Shown: positions 56,628-64,000 of the stretch, piece by piece
How the letters are laid out: every line of letters starts with the position of its first letter
Position numbering within the stretch: position 1 is the first letter of the stretch
NCBI GenBank assembly: GCA_965221125.1
Contig: CBDCRW010000006.1
Coordinates: 480,001 to 544,000 of the forward strand
DNA: 64,000 bases
Reading direction: 5' to 3'
From: Alphaproteobacteria bacterium
GTDB taxonomy: Bacteria; Pseudomonadota; Alphaproteobacteria; UBA828
The notes under the pieces: model-generated
Seen by the model: only the letters and a program-made list of their open reading frames with translations
Told to the model about the DNA's origin: nothing
Database searches by the model: none
Program-made: the position numbers and the translations under genes

Positions 56628-56714
56628 CGCCCGCTCCGTCGTTCTTTCGGCACACCCGGACTGCCGCCGCTCGGGTCCCGAGACCCGCAACGCCCCGGTT
56701 GCTCTCGCCCGGCA

Positions 56715-57527
56715 TCAGCCGAACAGCATCTGCGCCGCAGTCAGCAGTTTATCAGGATGTTCGAGCGCCGGCGAATGCCCGCACGCGGCGATCACGAAGG
56801 TGTCCGCCTTCGGGATGTGGCGGGCCAGCGCCTGCGTGTTCTCCTCGCAGGGGAAGGGCCGGTCGTCGCGGCCGTGCAGCATCATCACGTCGCACGTGAG
56901 CGCGGCCAGCTTCTCAGGCGCGAGCACGGCCTCGTCGATGAAGCGCTGCTTGTCGCCCGCGAACATGCTGCGGAAGTAGGGGCCGTACTCGCCATCGTGC
57001 AGGATCGCCATCCGCGCGTCGAGAAAGGCATCGGTGATGACGCCCGGGTCGTGGACCAGGATCTCCGCCGCCTCGCGCAGTTCCTCGCGGGTCTCGGGAA
57101 AGCGCCAGCAGATCTCTGTCTCGCGGTTGACGTTGCCGCGGGCGCCCATGGCGCCGGTGGTCATCACCTTGGTGACGCGCGGATTGTCGATGGCGAGGCC
57201 CAACGCGAGGCTCGCCGAGAGCGAATGGCCGATCACGCCGACCTCGCCTGCAGACAGGAGATCGAGCGCCGCCTGGGCCTGGCGCCGCCAGAGCGGGAGG
57301 TCGAAGTAGGGCTCCTCGGCCTTGCGGCCGGAGGCGCCGAAGCCAATCAGATCGGTGGCCAGAATGCGGTAGCGGGCGGCCAGCGGCTCCAGCACCAGCC
57401 GCCAGTTGCCGATGGTGCCGGCGCCGGGGCCTGAGCCGTGCAGCATCAGGATGGGAAAGCCCTCGCCCCCTTCCCAGATGTGAACGCGGTATCCCTCGAC
57501 CGTGATGTCGCGCTCGGCCAGTGCCAT
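56715..57527 (-). CDS. alpha/beta hydrolase, meta-cleavage-product hydrolase-like
   Basis: LHGSGPG...NW, GHSLS, HGRDD, CGH. Confidence 0.8.
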   Translation of the reverse strand: MALAERDITVEGYRVHIWEGGEGFPILMLHGSGPGAGTIGNWRLVLEPLAARYRILATDLIGFGASGRKAEEPYFDLPLWRRQAQAALDLLSAGEVGVIGHSLSASLALGLAIDNPRVTKVMTTGAMGARGNVNRETEICWRFPETREELREAAEILVHDPGVITDAFLDARMAILHDGEYGPYFRSMFAGDKQRFIDEAVLAPEKLAALTCDVMMLHGRDDRPFPCEENTQALARHIPKADTFVIAACGHSPALEHPDKLLTAAQMLFG

Positions 57528-57566
57528 GTCGTCCTCTCGATGTCGATTGCTGGGCGCGTGCGGGAC

Positions 57567-59996
57567 TTACGCGCGCAGCCGCTCGTTGGAAGGGTCGACC
57601 GGCGAGTTGGGGACGATCCGCGCCGGCCTCCGTTCTCCCAGAATCTCGACGGCGAGCCTGCGGCCCCGCACCGCGTGATTGCGGGCGACGTATCCGAGCG
57701 CGAGGCTGCGCCCCACCGTGTGGCCGTATGCGCCCGAGGTCGCGCGCCCAACCATGGTCTCCCCGTCGTAGATCGGCTCGTTGCCCCAGGGATCGGCGTC
57801 GTCCGCCTCCACCTCGAGGGTCACGAAGTCCTGCGGAACCCTTGCCTCGCGCTGGGCCACGAGCGCGTCCCGGCCCACGAACTCGCCCTTGTCCAGCGCA
57901 ACGAAACGATCCAGCCCGGCCTCGAAGGCCGAGTACTCGATGGTGAGATCCTGTCCCCACATGCGGTAGGATTTTTCGATCCTGAGTGAGTCCATCGCCC
58001 GCATGCCGCACATGGCGAGCCCGTGCGCGTCGCCGGCCTCCACCAGCGCATCGAAGATGCGGTTCTGGTACTCGATCGGGTGGTGCAGCTCCCAGCCCAG
58101 CTCGCCCACGAAGTTGACCCGCATGGCGACGGTGGGCGCCACGCCGATGGAGATGGTCTGCGCCGTGAGCCAGGGAAAGGCGGCGTTGGAGAGATCGGCG
58201 TCGGTCACCCGTGCCAGGATGTCGCGGGAGCGCGGGCCTGCCAGCACCAGCACCCCGTGGGCCGTCGTGATGTTCTCGATCGCAACCCCGTCGCCTGCCA
58301 CGGTGCGGCGCAGGAAGTCGTGGTCATAGCGCTCGGCCGCGCCCGAACTCACCAGGTAGAAGGATTCTGAGCCCTCGCGCATCACCGTGAACTCGGAGCG
58401 CACGCCGCCGGTCTCCGTCAGCGCATGGGCAAGCTTGAGCCGGCCTGCGGCCTTGGGCAGCCGGTTGGCGAGCACGCGGTCGAGCGCCGCCTCCGCCCGC
58501 GGTCCCGCAACTCGGAACTTGGAGAAGCTGGTGATGTCGATGAGCCCGGCGCGCTCGCGCACGGCCCGGCATTCCTCGCCCACGGGTCCGAAGTAGTTGG
58601 TGCGGCGGAAGCTCCAGTCGTCGCGCCCCTCCACACCCTCCGGCGCGAACCAGTTGGGCCGCTCCCAGCCGTAGCGCTGGCCCCAGACCGCGCCACGCGC
58701 CGCGAGCCTGTCGTGGCAGGGGCTGGTCTTGGCGGGCCGCGCCGCAGGCCGCTCCTCGTCCGGGTAGTGGACGATGAAGACGTGGGCGTAGGCCTCCTCG
58801 TTCTTGGCCTTGGTGTAGTTCTTGTTGGCGTAGGCGCCGAAGCGGCGGGGGTCGACCGCCAGCATGTCGATGGAGGGCTCGCCGTCGGCGATCCAGCCCG
58901 CAAGCTGCCAGCCTGCGCCGCCCGCAGCCGTGATGCCAAAGCTGAAGCCCTCGGCCAGCCAGAAGTTGGGGAGGCCGTAGGCCGGGCCGATGAGGGGGTT
59001 GCCGTCCGGCGTGTAGGGAATCGGGCCGTTGACGCAGTCCTTGATTCCCGCGCGGCCGAACATGGGCACGCGGTTGATCGCGGCCTCGATGTGGGGCTCC
59101 AACCGCTCGATATCCGGCGGCAGAAGCTCCTGGCCGAACGCCTCGGGCACCCCGTCCACGGCCCAGGCCGGCGCGTCCTTCTCATAAGGCCCGAGGATGA
59201 GGCCCTGGCGTTCCTCCCGCATGTAGTAAGAGGCGTCGCTCTCCCGCAGCACCGGCATCTCGGGCAGGCCCTGCGCCTTGCGCTCCTCCAGCTCCGGGAT
59301 GGTGTCGGTCACGATGTACTGGTGCTCCACCGGGATCGCCGGCAGGTCGAGGCCCACCATGGCGCCCACCTGCCGGGCCCAGGAGCCGGTGGCCGTCACC
59401 ACCGTCTCGCACCTGATGTCGCCCTGCGTGGTCTTCACCAGCCACTCGCCGGCGCGGGTGCGCTCGATGGCGGCGACCTCGGTGTTGCGGTTGATCTCCG
59501 CCCCCCGGTCGCGGGCGCCCTTCGCCAGCGCTTGCGTTACGTCCACCGGCGCCACGTGCCCGTCGTGGGGGTGGAAGAGGGCGCCCACCAGCCCGTCCAG
59601 GTTGCAGAGCGGCCAGAGGTCGCCGATCTCGTTGGGGCCGATCAGCTCGAAGGGGACGCCGATGGTGTTCGCGGTGCCGCAGTAGTTGCGGTACTCGTCC
59701 ATGCGTTCCTGGTTGGTGGCGAGCCTGAGATTGCCGGTGCGATGGAAGCTCACCGCCTGGCCGGTCTCTTCCTCGAGCTGCTGGTAGAGGTCGATCGAGT
59801 ACTTGTGCAGCTGGCCGACGCTGTAGCTCATGTTGAAGAGCGGCAAGAGCCCTGCCGCGTGCCAGGTGGAGCCGGCGGTAAGCTCGGTCTTCTCGACCAG
59901 CACCACGTCGGACCAGCCGAGCTTCGCCAAGTGGTAGAGCACGCTGCAGCCGACGATGCCGCCGCCGATCACCACCACCCGCGCCTGATCTCTCAT
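57567..59996 (-). CDS. GcvT-family dimethylglycine/sarcosine dehydrogenase-like flavoprotein
   Basis: GGGIVG, GSTWHAAG (covalent FAD His), YTPDG, GWERPNWF, FVGELGWE, LRIEK (folate-binding domain). Confidence 0.92.
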   Translation of the reverse strand: MRDQARVVVIGGGIVGCSVLYHLAKLGWSDVVLVEKTELTAGSTWHAAGLLPLFNMSYSVGQLHKYSIDLYQQLEEETGQAVSFHRTGNLRLATNQERMDEYRNYCGTANTIGVPFELIGPNEIGDLWPLCNLDGLVGALFHPHDGHVAPVDVTQALAKGARDRGAEINRNTEVAAIERTRAGEWLVKTTQGDIRCETVVTATGSWARQVGAMVGLDLPAIPVEHQYIVTDTIPELEERKAQGLPEMPVLRESDASYYMREERQGLILGPYEKDAPAWAVDGVPEAFGQELLPPDIERLEPHIEAAINRVPMFGRAGIKDCVNGPIPYTPDGNPLIGPAYGLPNFWLAEGFSFGITAAGGAGWQLAGWIADGEPSIDMLAVDPRRFGAYANKNYTKAKNEEAYAHVFIVHYPDEERPAARPAKTSPCHDRLAARGAVWGQRYGWERPNWFAPEGVEGRDDWSFRRTNYFGPVGEECRAVRERAGLIDITSFSKFRVAGPRAEAALDRVLANRLPKAAGRLKLAHALTETGGVRSEFTVMREGSESFYLVSSGAAERYDHDFLRRTVAGDGVAIENITTAHGVLVLAGPRSRDILARVTDADLSNAAFPWLTAQTISIGVAPTVAMRVNFVGELGWELHHPIEYQNRIFDALVEAGDAHGLAMCGMRAMDSLRIEKSYRMWGQDLTIEYSAFEAGLDRFVALDKGEFVGRDALVAQREARVPQDFVTLEVEADDADPWGNEPIYDGETMVGRATSGAYGHTVGRSLALGYVARNHAVRGRRLAVEILGERRPARIVPNSPVDPSNERLRA

Positions 59997-60133
59997 GCCA
60001 GGGCCTCTTCCCGCACCGCGCGCCCATGCCTTGGGCGGGCGCACCCTATCACGCGCGGGCGCCCGACAGCATGTGCATCCAGGCCGTTACATGGTTTCTG
60101 CACCGTTGACCGGAGGGCCGTTTCGCTCACCAT

Positions 60134-60277
60134 GAGCGTTTCCGTTTTGCACGGAAACGCTCTATGCATTTTTCGCTCACGGCAGTTGGCCTGCGGCCAA
60201 CGCCTGCGCGGGCGCGCCGCATACGCGGCGGGCCGCTGTCGCGGCCTGTCGCGCGTCCGTCGAAGCCGGACGCGCTC
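60134..60277 (+). repeat. dispersed multi-hairpin repeat, copy 2
   Basis: GAGCGTTTCCGTTTTGCACGGAAACGCTC...TTTTCGCTCACGGCAG...GCGGCCTGTCGCGCGTCCGTCGAAGCCGGACGCGCTC. Confidence 0.85.
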
Positions 60278-60308
60278 ATGAATTCGTACCCTCGTGTGGA
60301 GACGCCGC

Positions 60309-61259
60309 GTGCCTGACCTGATCGCGATCGGAGAGCCCCTCGTCGAATTCGCCGCGGAATCGGCCGGCCGGCTGGGCGACGTCGATCGCTTCCGCGCCGG
60401 CTGGGGCGGGGACACGGCCAACTTCGCGCTCGCGGCCGCGCGCCTGGGCGGCGCCTGCGGCTACATTACGCGGGTGGGGCAGGATGCCTTCGGCGCGGCC
60501 TTCGTCGCGATGCTGGAGACGCACGGCGTCGACGCGAGCCGGGTGAAGGCCGACGCGGACCACCACACCGGCCTCTATTTCGTCACCTACTCGGAGGAAC
60601 GGGAACACCGCTTCGACTACGTGCGCCGGGGCTCGGCGTCGAGCCATCTCTCGGGCGCCGATATCGACCCGGACTACGTGGCCGGCGCCAAGGTCCTGCA
60701 CGCGAGCGGCATCTCGCAAGCGATCTCCCGCTCGTGCGCGGACGCGATCCGCCTGGCGATGGAAATCGCGCGAAAGGCGGGCACCACCGTCAGCTACGAC
60801 GCCAACGTGCGCCCGGTGCTCGGGGAGCGCGACACCTTGCGCCAGAACTTCGAGGCCGCCGTGGCGCTCGCCGACATCGTGTTCGTGAGCGAGGACGATG
60901 CCACCCACCTGTATGGCGACACCCCGCTCGAGACCGTTCTCGACCGCATCGTGGGGGAGCGGCCCCGGCTCGCGGTGGCGAAGCTCGGGGCCGACGGCTG
61001 TCTCATCAGAAGCGAGGCCGGAGAGCGTTGTCACGTTCCGGCCTGGAGGGTCGATGCGGTCGACGCCACCGGGGCGGGCGATGCGTTCAGCGCCGGCTTT
61101 GTCCTGTCGCTGCTCCGCGGCGCGGAACTCGCCGAGGCGGGGCGCTACGCGAATGCCGTGGGCGCGCTCACCGCATCGGGCGTCGGCGCCATCGCGCCCC
61201 AGCCGAGCCATGCCGAGGTGACGGCCCTCATGGCGGAACAGTCACCCGGCCTGCGCTGA
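60309..61259 (+). CDS. PfkB family sugar kinase (KdgK-like)
   Basis: IGE, GGDTAN, YDANVRP, VDATGAGDAF; GTG start after GGAG. Confidence 0.88.
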   Translation: MPDLIAIGEPLVEFAAESAGRLGDVDRFRAGWGGDTANFALAAARLGGACGYITRVGQDAFGAAFVAMLETHGVDASRVKADADHHTGLYFVTYSEEREHRFDYVRRGSASSHLSGADIDPDYVAGAKVLHASGISQAISRSCADAIRLAMEIARKAGTTVSYDANVRPVLGERDTLRQNFEAAVALADIVFVSEDDATHLYGDTPLETVLDRIVGERPRLAVAKLGADGCLIRSEAGERCHVPAWRVDAVDATGAGDAFSAGFVLSLLRGAELAEAGRYANAVGALTASGVGAIAPQPSHAEVTALMAEQSPGLR

Positions 61260-61286
61260 GATACGGCGAATGATAGAGTGGTAGCC

Positions 61287-62087
61287 ATGTCAGGACGTCT
61301 CGACGGCAAGGTCGCGTTGGTCACGGGTGCGGGCTCGGTCGGCCCCGGCTGGGGCAACGGCCGCGCCACCGCCGTGTTGTTCGCCCGCGAGGGCGCGCGG
61401 GTCGTCGCGCTCGACCGTGACACGGCCGCCGCCGAGGCGACGCGGCAGATCATCGAGAGCGAGGGCTACGCCTGCGCCGTCGAGACCGCCGACGTCACCG
61501 ACAGGGGCCAGATCGAGCAAGTGATCGCCACGGTCTGCGAGCACTGGGGCGCGCTGCACGTGCTCGTCAACAACGTCGGCGGCTCGGTGCCGGGCGGGCC
61601 GGTCGAGCTGAGCGAGGAGGACTGGGCCGCGCAGCTCGACTTCAACCTCACCAGCGCCTTCCTCACCACCAAGTGCGTGCTCCCGGTGATGGAAGCGCAG
61701 GGTGCGGGCGCCATCGTGAACATCTCCTCGGTGGCGGGGCTCCGCTTCATCGGCAACCACCACGCGGCCTATGCGGCGGCGAAGGCGGGGCTGGTGCAGT
61801 TCACCAAGGCGGTCGCCGTGCAGTACGCTGGGCGCGGCGTGCGCTGCAACTCGATCTCCGTCGGCCTCATGCACACGCCGCTGGTGGAGGCGCGGCTCGC
61901 GAGCCAGTACGGTGCGGGCGACCTCCAGGCCCTGGTCGCGAAGCGCCACGCCCAGGTGCCCATGGGCCGCATGGGTTCCGGCTGGGACGTGGCCCACGCG
62001 GCGCTCTACCTGGCTTCCGACGATGCCGGCTACGTCACCGCGGCCGATCTGGTCGTGGACGGCGGGCTCACCGCGAAGTGCGACTGA
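61287..62087 (+). CDS. short-chain dehydrogenase/reductase
   Basis: TGAGSVGPGWGNG, NNVG, YAAAK, VDGG. Confidence 0.92.
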   Translation: MSGRLDGKVALVTGAGSVGPGWGNGRATAVLFAREGARVVALDRDTAAAEATRQIIESEGYACAVETADVTDRGQIEQVIATVCEHWGALHVLVNNVGGSVPGGPVELSEEDWAAQLDFNLTSAFLTTKCVLPVMEAQGAGAIVNISSVAGLRFIGNHHAAYAAAKAGLVQFTKAVAVQYAGRGVRCNSISVGLMHTPLVEARLASQYGAGDLQALVAKRHAQVPMGRMGSGWDVAHAALYLASDDAGYVTAADLVVDGGLTAKCD

Positions 62088-62097
62088 CCAGGCGCCC

Positions 62098-62862
62098 GTG
62101 ATCGAGGGGATCGCGCGCCGCGACCGGCTGGTGGTGCTGGCCGGCCTCGTCGCAGCCGCGGCGCTCGCCTGGTTCTACCTCATCGACATGGCCCTCGACA
62201 TGGGGGGCGACATGGCCGTCGGCAGCGGCGCCATGATGCGGATGCAGGCGTGGAGCCTCGCCCACGGCCTCCTCATGTGGGCCATGTGGGCGGTGATGAT
62301 GGTGGCGATGATGGTGCCGAGCGCGGCGCCCATGATCCTCATCTTCGCCCGTGTGGACCGCTCGAAGGGCGCCGGACGCCCGTTTGCCGCCACCACGCTC
62401 TTCGCGCTCGGCTACGTGGCGGTCTGGGCGGGGTTCAGCGTGGCTGCGACGGCGATGCAGTGGGGGCTGCAGAGCGCGGCGCTGCTCTCACCGATGATGG
62501 TCGCCACCAGCACGATCCTCGGCGGCGTCCTGTTCATCGCCGCGGGCGTCTATCAATGGACGCCGCTCAAGTACGCCTGCCTCAGGCACTGCCGCTCGCC
62601 CATGGCCTTCATCATGGGGCACTGGCGGCCGGGCAGGTGGGGCGCCTTGCGCATGGGGCTCGGCCACGGCGCCTTCTGCCTCGGCTGCTGCGGCTTCGTG
62701 ATGGGGCTTCTCTTCGTCGGCGGGGTGATGAACCTCGCCTGGGTGGCGGCGATCACGGTCTTCGTCGTCGCCGAGAAGCTCGCGCCGAGGGGTGAGTGGG
62801 TGGCGCGCGCCGGCGGCGTCGCCATGGTCGCCGCCGGCATCTACCTCCTGGCGGCGAGTTAG
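62098..62862 (+). CDS. DUF2182 family metal-binding membrane protein
   Basis: MWAVMMVAMM.PS, YQWTPLK.ACL.HCRSP, CLGCC, GGVMN..W...EK. Confidence 0.88.
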   Translation: MIEGIARRDRLVVLAGLVAAAALAWFYLIDMALDMGGDMAVGSGAMMRMQAWSLAHGLLMWAMWAVMMVAMMVPSAAPMILIFARVDRSKGAGRPFAATTLFALGYVAVWAGFSVAATAMQWGLQSAALLSPMMVATSTILGGVLFIAAGVYQWTPLKYACLRHCRSPMAFIMGHWRPGRWGALRMGLGHGAFCLGCCGFVMGLLFVGGVMNLAWVAAITVFVVAEKLAPRGEWVARAGGVAMVAAGIYLLAAS

Positions 62863-63005
62863 CCCGAGGCCGACTTTGTCGGACTCGGGACAGGCCGCGA
62901 CCGCGGCCCGCCGCGAATGCGGCGCCCTCGCGGAGGCGCCGGCCGCAGGCCGGCTGCCGTGAGCGAAAAATTCCTGGAGCGCTTCCGCCTAACGCGAAAC
63001 GTTCA
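62860..63005 (-). repeat. dispersed multi-hairpin repeat, copy 3 (inverted)
   Basis: Reverse complement reads GAACGTTTCGCG...GGAAGCGCTCC...TTTTCGCTCACGGCAGCC...GGCGCCTCCGCGAGGGCGCCGCAT...GCGGCGGGCCGCGGTCGCGGCCTGTC. Confidence 0.8.
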
Positions 63006-63013
63006 AGACGCGC

Positions 63014-63802
63014 CTACCGCGCGGTCGTGCCGCCGTCGACGGGGAGCAGAGTGCCGGTGACGAAGGCGGCGGCATCCGAGGCGAGGTACATCACCGCGTG
63101 GGCGATATCCACGGGCTGGCCCACCTTGCCGAGCGGAATGTGCTCCTTGAGCTTCTCGCGGATTTCGGCCGAGGAGAGGTCGAGGTGCGCCCAGCCGAGG
63201 TCGGTCATCGGCGTGTCGATATCGCCGGGGCAGACCGCGTTGACGCGGATGCCGTCGCGCGCGTGATCCATCGCCATGCACTTGGTCAGCATGGCGATGG
63301 CGCCCTTGGTCGCGCTGTAGGCGGGCAGGCGCTCGTAGGCGATCAACCCGCATTCCGACGACATGTTGATGATCGCCCCGCCCTCGCCCTGCGCCTTCAT
63401 GCGGCGCACGGCGGCGCGCGCCATGAAGAAGCTGCCGCTCACGTTGATGCCGATCAGGTGGTCCCAATCGCCGTCCGACATCTCGTCGATCGGCCCGTGC
63501 AGGCAGATGCCGGCGTTGTTGAAGAGGACGTCGAGCCGGCCGAAACGGTCTGCCGTCTCCTCCACCAGCCGGTCGCAGTAGGCGGAGTCCGCCACGTCGC
63601 CGAGGCTGAGCGCCGCGCTGCCACCTTTGCTAGTGATCGCATCCAGCACCGCGCCGCCCCGCGCCGCATCGCGCCCGTTGAGCATGACGTTGGCGCCGTG
63701 GGCGGCGAAGGCCTTGGCGGTGCCCTCGCCGATCCCGGAAGTGGCGCCGGTGACGAGGACCGTCCGGCCGGCGAACGCATCGTTGGCGAAGACTGAGGTC
63801 AT
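63014..63802 (-). CDS. short-chain dehydrogenase/reductase
   Basis: TGATSGIG, NNAG, YSATK, NAVCPG, VDGG. Confidence 0.93.
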   Translation of the reverse strand: MTSVFANDAFAGRTVLVTGATSGIGEGTAKAFAAHGANVMLNGRDAARGGAVLDAITSKGGSAALSLGDVADSAYCDRLVEETADRFGRLDVLFNNAGICLHGPIDEMSDGDWDHLIGINVSGSFFMARAAVRRMKAQGEGGAIINMSSECGLIAYERLPAYSATKGAIAMLTKCMAMDHARDGIRVNAVCPGDIDTPMTDLGWAHLDLSSAEIREKLKEHIPLGKVGQPVDIAHAVMYLASDAAAFVTGTLLPVDGGTTAR

Positions 63803-63908
63803 GGGAGCCTCCCTGTTGGCGGGCCGCGGTTTCGGCCTCTAACGCGTCCGTCATCGGCGGACGCTCTCAGAACGGACTATCCGCCGCGGCGTCCGATCTC
63901 GGCGTCGT

Positions 63909-64000
63909 TCAGGCGTCGGTGCCGCCCACGGTGATGGGGTCGACGAGCAGCGTCGGCAGGCCGACGCCCACCGGCACGCCCTGCCCGTTCTTGCCGCAGG
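63909..64000 (-). CDS. tldD: TldD metalloprotease, C-terminal end only
   Basis: Manual translation CGKNGQGVPVGVGLPTLLVDPITVGGTDA*, the conserved TldD C-terminus. Confidence 0.85.
   Translation of the reverse strand, partial: CGKNGQGVPVGVGLPTLLVDPITVGGTDA

Noticed and set aside
1-64000. tRNA, rRNA, riboswitch, prophage or integrase genes
   Set aside because: None recognised by eye; a covariance-model scan would be needed to exclude small RNAs.

Overview
64 kb of high-GC (roughly 70% by eye) bacterial chromosome, most likely from an alphaproteobacterium, judged from an irr-rubrerythrin pair, ICE-like and alpha-Fur-like boxes and rhizobial-style palindromic repeats. It holds about 50 genes, mainly for iron homeostasis (FbpABC, Irr, rubrerythrin) and catabolism of amines, amides and N-heterocycles. 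Main highlights: (1) A ~16 kb minus-strand operon (42586->26569) couples a pyruvoyl-type histidine decarboxylase to a histamine dehydrogenase, a polyamine-type ABC importer, a three-subunit Mo-hydroxylase, hydantoinase/oxoprolinase A+B, an SDR and an IclR regulator with a perfect operator palindrome. This is a candidate undescribed histidine->histamine->imidazole catabolic route. (2) A complete IS1111-type IS110 element (5361-6995) has subterminal IRs, a CTT core and a circle-junction promoter that can be read from the sequence. It interrupts a signal-peptide gene, and its 3' non-coding region carries segments matching both sides of its own target (bridge/seekRNA), apparently twice. (3) A lower-GC islet carries a Panacea (DUF4065) antitoxin and an unnamed putative toxin. 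(4) A dispersed 145-180 bp multi-hairpin repeat family and a 10-bp tandem array are also present. All product calls rest on motif recognition only; no database searches were run.
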